This document shows positions 60,886 through 64,000 of a stretch of DNA of 64,000 nt, in pieces. Where the stretch lies: positions 116,622,001 through 116,686,000 of the forward strand of contig OY740782.1 in the NCBI GenBank assembly GCA_963514005.1, given 5' to 3'. The position numbers were made by a program, and so were the translations under genes. The notes beneath the pieces were generated by a model. The model worked only from the letters and a program-made list of their open reading frames with translations, was not told where the DNA came from and ran no database searches. Source of the DNA: Raja brachyura (taxonomy: Eukaryota). Within the stretch, counting starts at the first letter, position 1. Every line of letters begins with the position of its first letter.

Positions 60886-63809
60886 CAAACTGATTCACAT
60901 TGAATCTATGTGTAGCTTTTACCAGAGCGCTTTACAGAACACAGTTGGGAAGGATCAGTATTTATATGTTGTAACATCAACTTGTATGCTGTTTCATTCC
61001 TGCATCTCTTGGCCCAGGGTTTCCACAAAATAATGCATTATGAACAACAACATCTGTATTTAGACATAAACTAAAGTTTCCCCATGCTATATAACAGTTA
61101 CATTGACCATTTGTGTTTAGTTTTGTCTTAGACGATATATAAATTGCAACCACTTGAATCTGCTGTGTTTGAGTGTAAAAATGTTCAGCATGGTAAGATG
61201 CTGAAAAATATATTTCCTTAATATTTCAGGATAATTGTATTTAAGAAATATTATTGTTGTCTCTTTTATTTATGTAAAAATTATGCAAGGATTGCAATGA
61301 TTTTGTATTTTGCATATGTTTCCTATCTGACATCCCCGTAGCATTTAGATTATTTCTATTGCTATCCAGTTCAAAAAATGAGTTCACAAAAATTCATGGT
61401 CTGAAAAAGTATATTTTATCTGCTGCTTTGCATATTCAGCTTGCATCCTAACTATAGCCCATGATGTTCCTCCCCATCCATACATTATTTAATGTCTTGG
61501 GTTCAAGCAATACGAAAGTAAGAGAGACTTATCAGAAAATAAATAGGACCACATTATTTCCTTGTAGCCATTATGAACAGTTGGTGATCCTAGATGATGG
61601 CTGTGTGCTGTTAAAATAGATAACCACAGCAGATGATTTGAGCAAATCTGTAAACTGGAGAGAGTTGACCTTAACATTTATTTAATCATTTTATTAGCTG
61701 TTCACTGAGCAGATGAGACAAGAAAGTAACACTCATCAGTGTGAAGTAACTCTGCTTTCCCACCATGCCTGAATTGCTCAGAGTCATCTTATTATTTATG
61801 CAGTATCCCTTCATTCACTTTGTTTTTCTTCCCCACTGAGCACCTTGCATTATACTTAAGAGCCTTTATCTTAAACTATAAGGTATCCCCAGTGTGCTTT
61901 TCTCCAATCTTGGGATGAGGGTTGGCAGGGAAACTGATTCAGCCTGCACTGGGTTTGCGTTTCAATGATTGACACGTTAAATATTATTCACAGATGTACT
62001 TTTTTGTAGGAACTAAGAAGTAGGAGTTGGTATCAGGATGAAGCTTCTAACAGATTTCTGTCCTTACAGATGCAGTATTTTGATATGCCATATATATCTG
62101 GTTCCTATTTTATTTTCTCCCTGAATAACTCTTGTTTAATCCACAGAAAATTCCTTGCTTTATTAATTTAACTTATGGAGAAATCTGTTTGGTACTTCCT
62201 GATATGCTGCCTCGATTTTAGAATTGTATTTTCCGGAAATAGTTGTTTTCCACACATACACTTCTCTCAGTGAATAACCTTTAGAAGTATTATAGCTTAT
62301 AGAAGTATTCACTTGAATAATGAATTCAAGATTGAATTCAAGATTCAATATGCAATTGAATATTGAATAGGAGTATTCACTTATATAAGCAAACTGCAAA
62401 GAGTTAAGATTATGGTTCATGGTTCTTTATTATCACATGTATCAAGGTGTGTGAAATCATTTTTTTCCATACAGTTCAGTAAAATTATTACCATACACAA
62501 ATGCAATCCCAGATTAAATACAGAATGTATAGAAACTCCACTGAGTCCATATCCAAGAGTTGCCACCAGGTTTTGGCACCATTTTCAAAGTCCCAGCCCA
62601 TCGCAAACATCACCTCCAATAACATTGAGCAGTGCTTACATTTGTTTTTGAGGGTGTTGTAAATTTTTTATATGACAAACGCGTGCTTGGGTAATACTAT
62701 TTTCATGCTGGTTCCTTAGATGACTAATTGCATATAATTTTTAGGCAAAGGGTTTTGATAAAAGTTTATCTGCTGTTAAATTTTGATATGTTTTGCATGT
62801 ATGTCATGCCCAAAAGTAAATGATAGTTTAAAAACATGGGTGCCATCTTAAAAAAACTCTGGTGTTCTGTTTTCTGGTGGTGATGGAGATTCATTGTATG
62901 ATTGAGGATTTGGTAATATCTTTAAGAAAAGTATGCTTATATGCTAATTAGTTTTTCTTGCAGATGGTTTATGGAGGAGATAACCCTGGAACTTTGCAAG
63001 ATTGTTAAATGTATGTTGAAATTATCCTAATGTATGGCACTAACTTACTGTTTTTCTTACAGTTTAAGCCAACAGGAGGAATGTAGAGGGATTGCCTTTC
63101 ACTTGAGTTGGCCACTGTTTTCTGTGGTAGAAACGATTAAGTGCTTAGCAGTTCGACACCTGAAAACTGCATATGGTTAACTTAAAAGGGTTGTTGTGTT
63201 CAAAGTTATATCTGTCACTGAAGTTGATCCTTCCTAACCTGAGTTTACAGTTGAGGTTTAAATAGATGCTCTTTGGGAATTACAGTAGCATTAACATTAC
63301 AATGGAGTACTCTCAGGGTTTCTAAATGCTAATGGATTTGGAGTTGCTTCACGCTCCAAATATTACTGTACAATGTTTTATTAAATGCATTAATCTGTTA
63401 AAATATCTTATGTTTGATTCTTTATTTTCAATCTTCTTCTTTCGTGTCCTTATGTCAATTATTTATGGAGTGCATAAGATTTTTGTTTCTAATGTTTACA
63501 ATTTAAAAATAAAGAATTTTAATATATCAACAATTGTATTCATATTGAACTGTGAGTAAAATGAATAATAATAAAATGTTCTAAAATGAGTTTGGTATAT
63601 TTTGTCTCATTTTGAGTTGGAGCACAGACAGGCAATACTGAGTTTGTGGGATAAGTTCATGATGGACATGTTTTCTGTTTCGGTGTTTCTTTCCCAACAC
63701 TCAATTAACAATATTCACATGAGTGCTATTTTGTAATAATGGTTATCCAATTAGTAAAAATTGAAAAAAAGATTGGAGAGGTCAGTTGCATTCTCCAGTG
63801 AATTTCCTC

Positions 63810-63985
63810 TGGATGTTCCTGGTTCCTCCCACATCCCAAAGAAATGCAGATTGGTACATTAATTAATCACTGTAAACAGACCCTGGTTTATAGATGTGTG
63901 GTAGAATGTGAATGGGTGATTGGTGGTCGACATGGATTTGGTGGGTCAAAAGGCGTGTTTCCATGCTTTCAATCTTTCAATTAAA
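63810..63985 (+). mobile_element. Partial HE1-like SINE
   Basis: ggttcctcccacatcccaaagaaatgcag...ttaattaatcactgtaaa...aaggcgtgtttccatgct. Confidence 0.6.
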
Positions 63986-64000
63986 TTTCACACAAAGGGT

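Larger units (their letters stand above)
55563..60910 (+). other. RBM33: Probable long 3' UTR of RBM33 (end uncertain; may extend to about 63.6 kb)
   Basis: More than 5 kb of U-rich sequence after the stop with no recognisable TE, unlike the introns; AATAAA at 60880-60885, with further AATAAA at 63508-63513 and 63570-63575. Confidence 0.6.

Noticed and set aside
57894-63559. Multiple 60-100 aa ORFs in the 3' region
   Set aside because: Composition is typical of random AT-rich UTR; no recognisable domains and no SHH coding sequence is visible in the window.

Overview
Eukaryotic (vertebrate) genomic DNA, almost certainly from a cartilaginous fish (skate/ray/shark), judged from HE1-type SINEs, HER1/CR1 LINEs and Penelope repeats. 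The window holds the 3' part of an RBM33 orthologue on the + strand. Six coding exons (1475-1801, 17489-18112, 30996-31196, 35986-36174, 52611-52699, 55511-55562) splice GT-AG in frame and end in the C-terminal RRM-like domain, followed by a long repeat-poor 3' UTR. The introns contain CR1, Rex-Babar and Penelope LINE fragments, SINEs, several MITEs with target-site duplications, a Helitron-like element and a decayed env-less class I endogenous retrovirus (about 26178-30215, minus strand). The most notable signals are a 2H-phosphoesterase-like segment just upstream of RT in the ERV pol, dispersed Penelope-derived repeats whose consensus is a minimal hammerhead ribozyme, an unexplained intronic inverted repeat (10690-11290) with sense-strand G-U pairs, inverted CR1 copies flanking the penultimate coding exon, and candidate alternative terminal exons near 63 kb. 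All family assignments come from motif recognition by eye; no searches were run. Most short ORFs in the supplied track are spurious.
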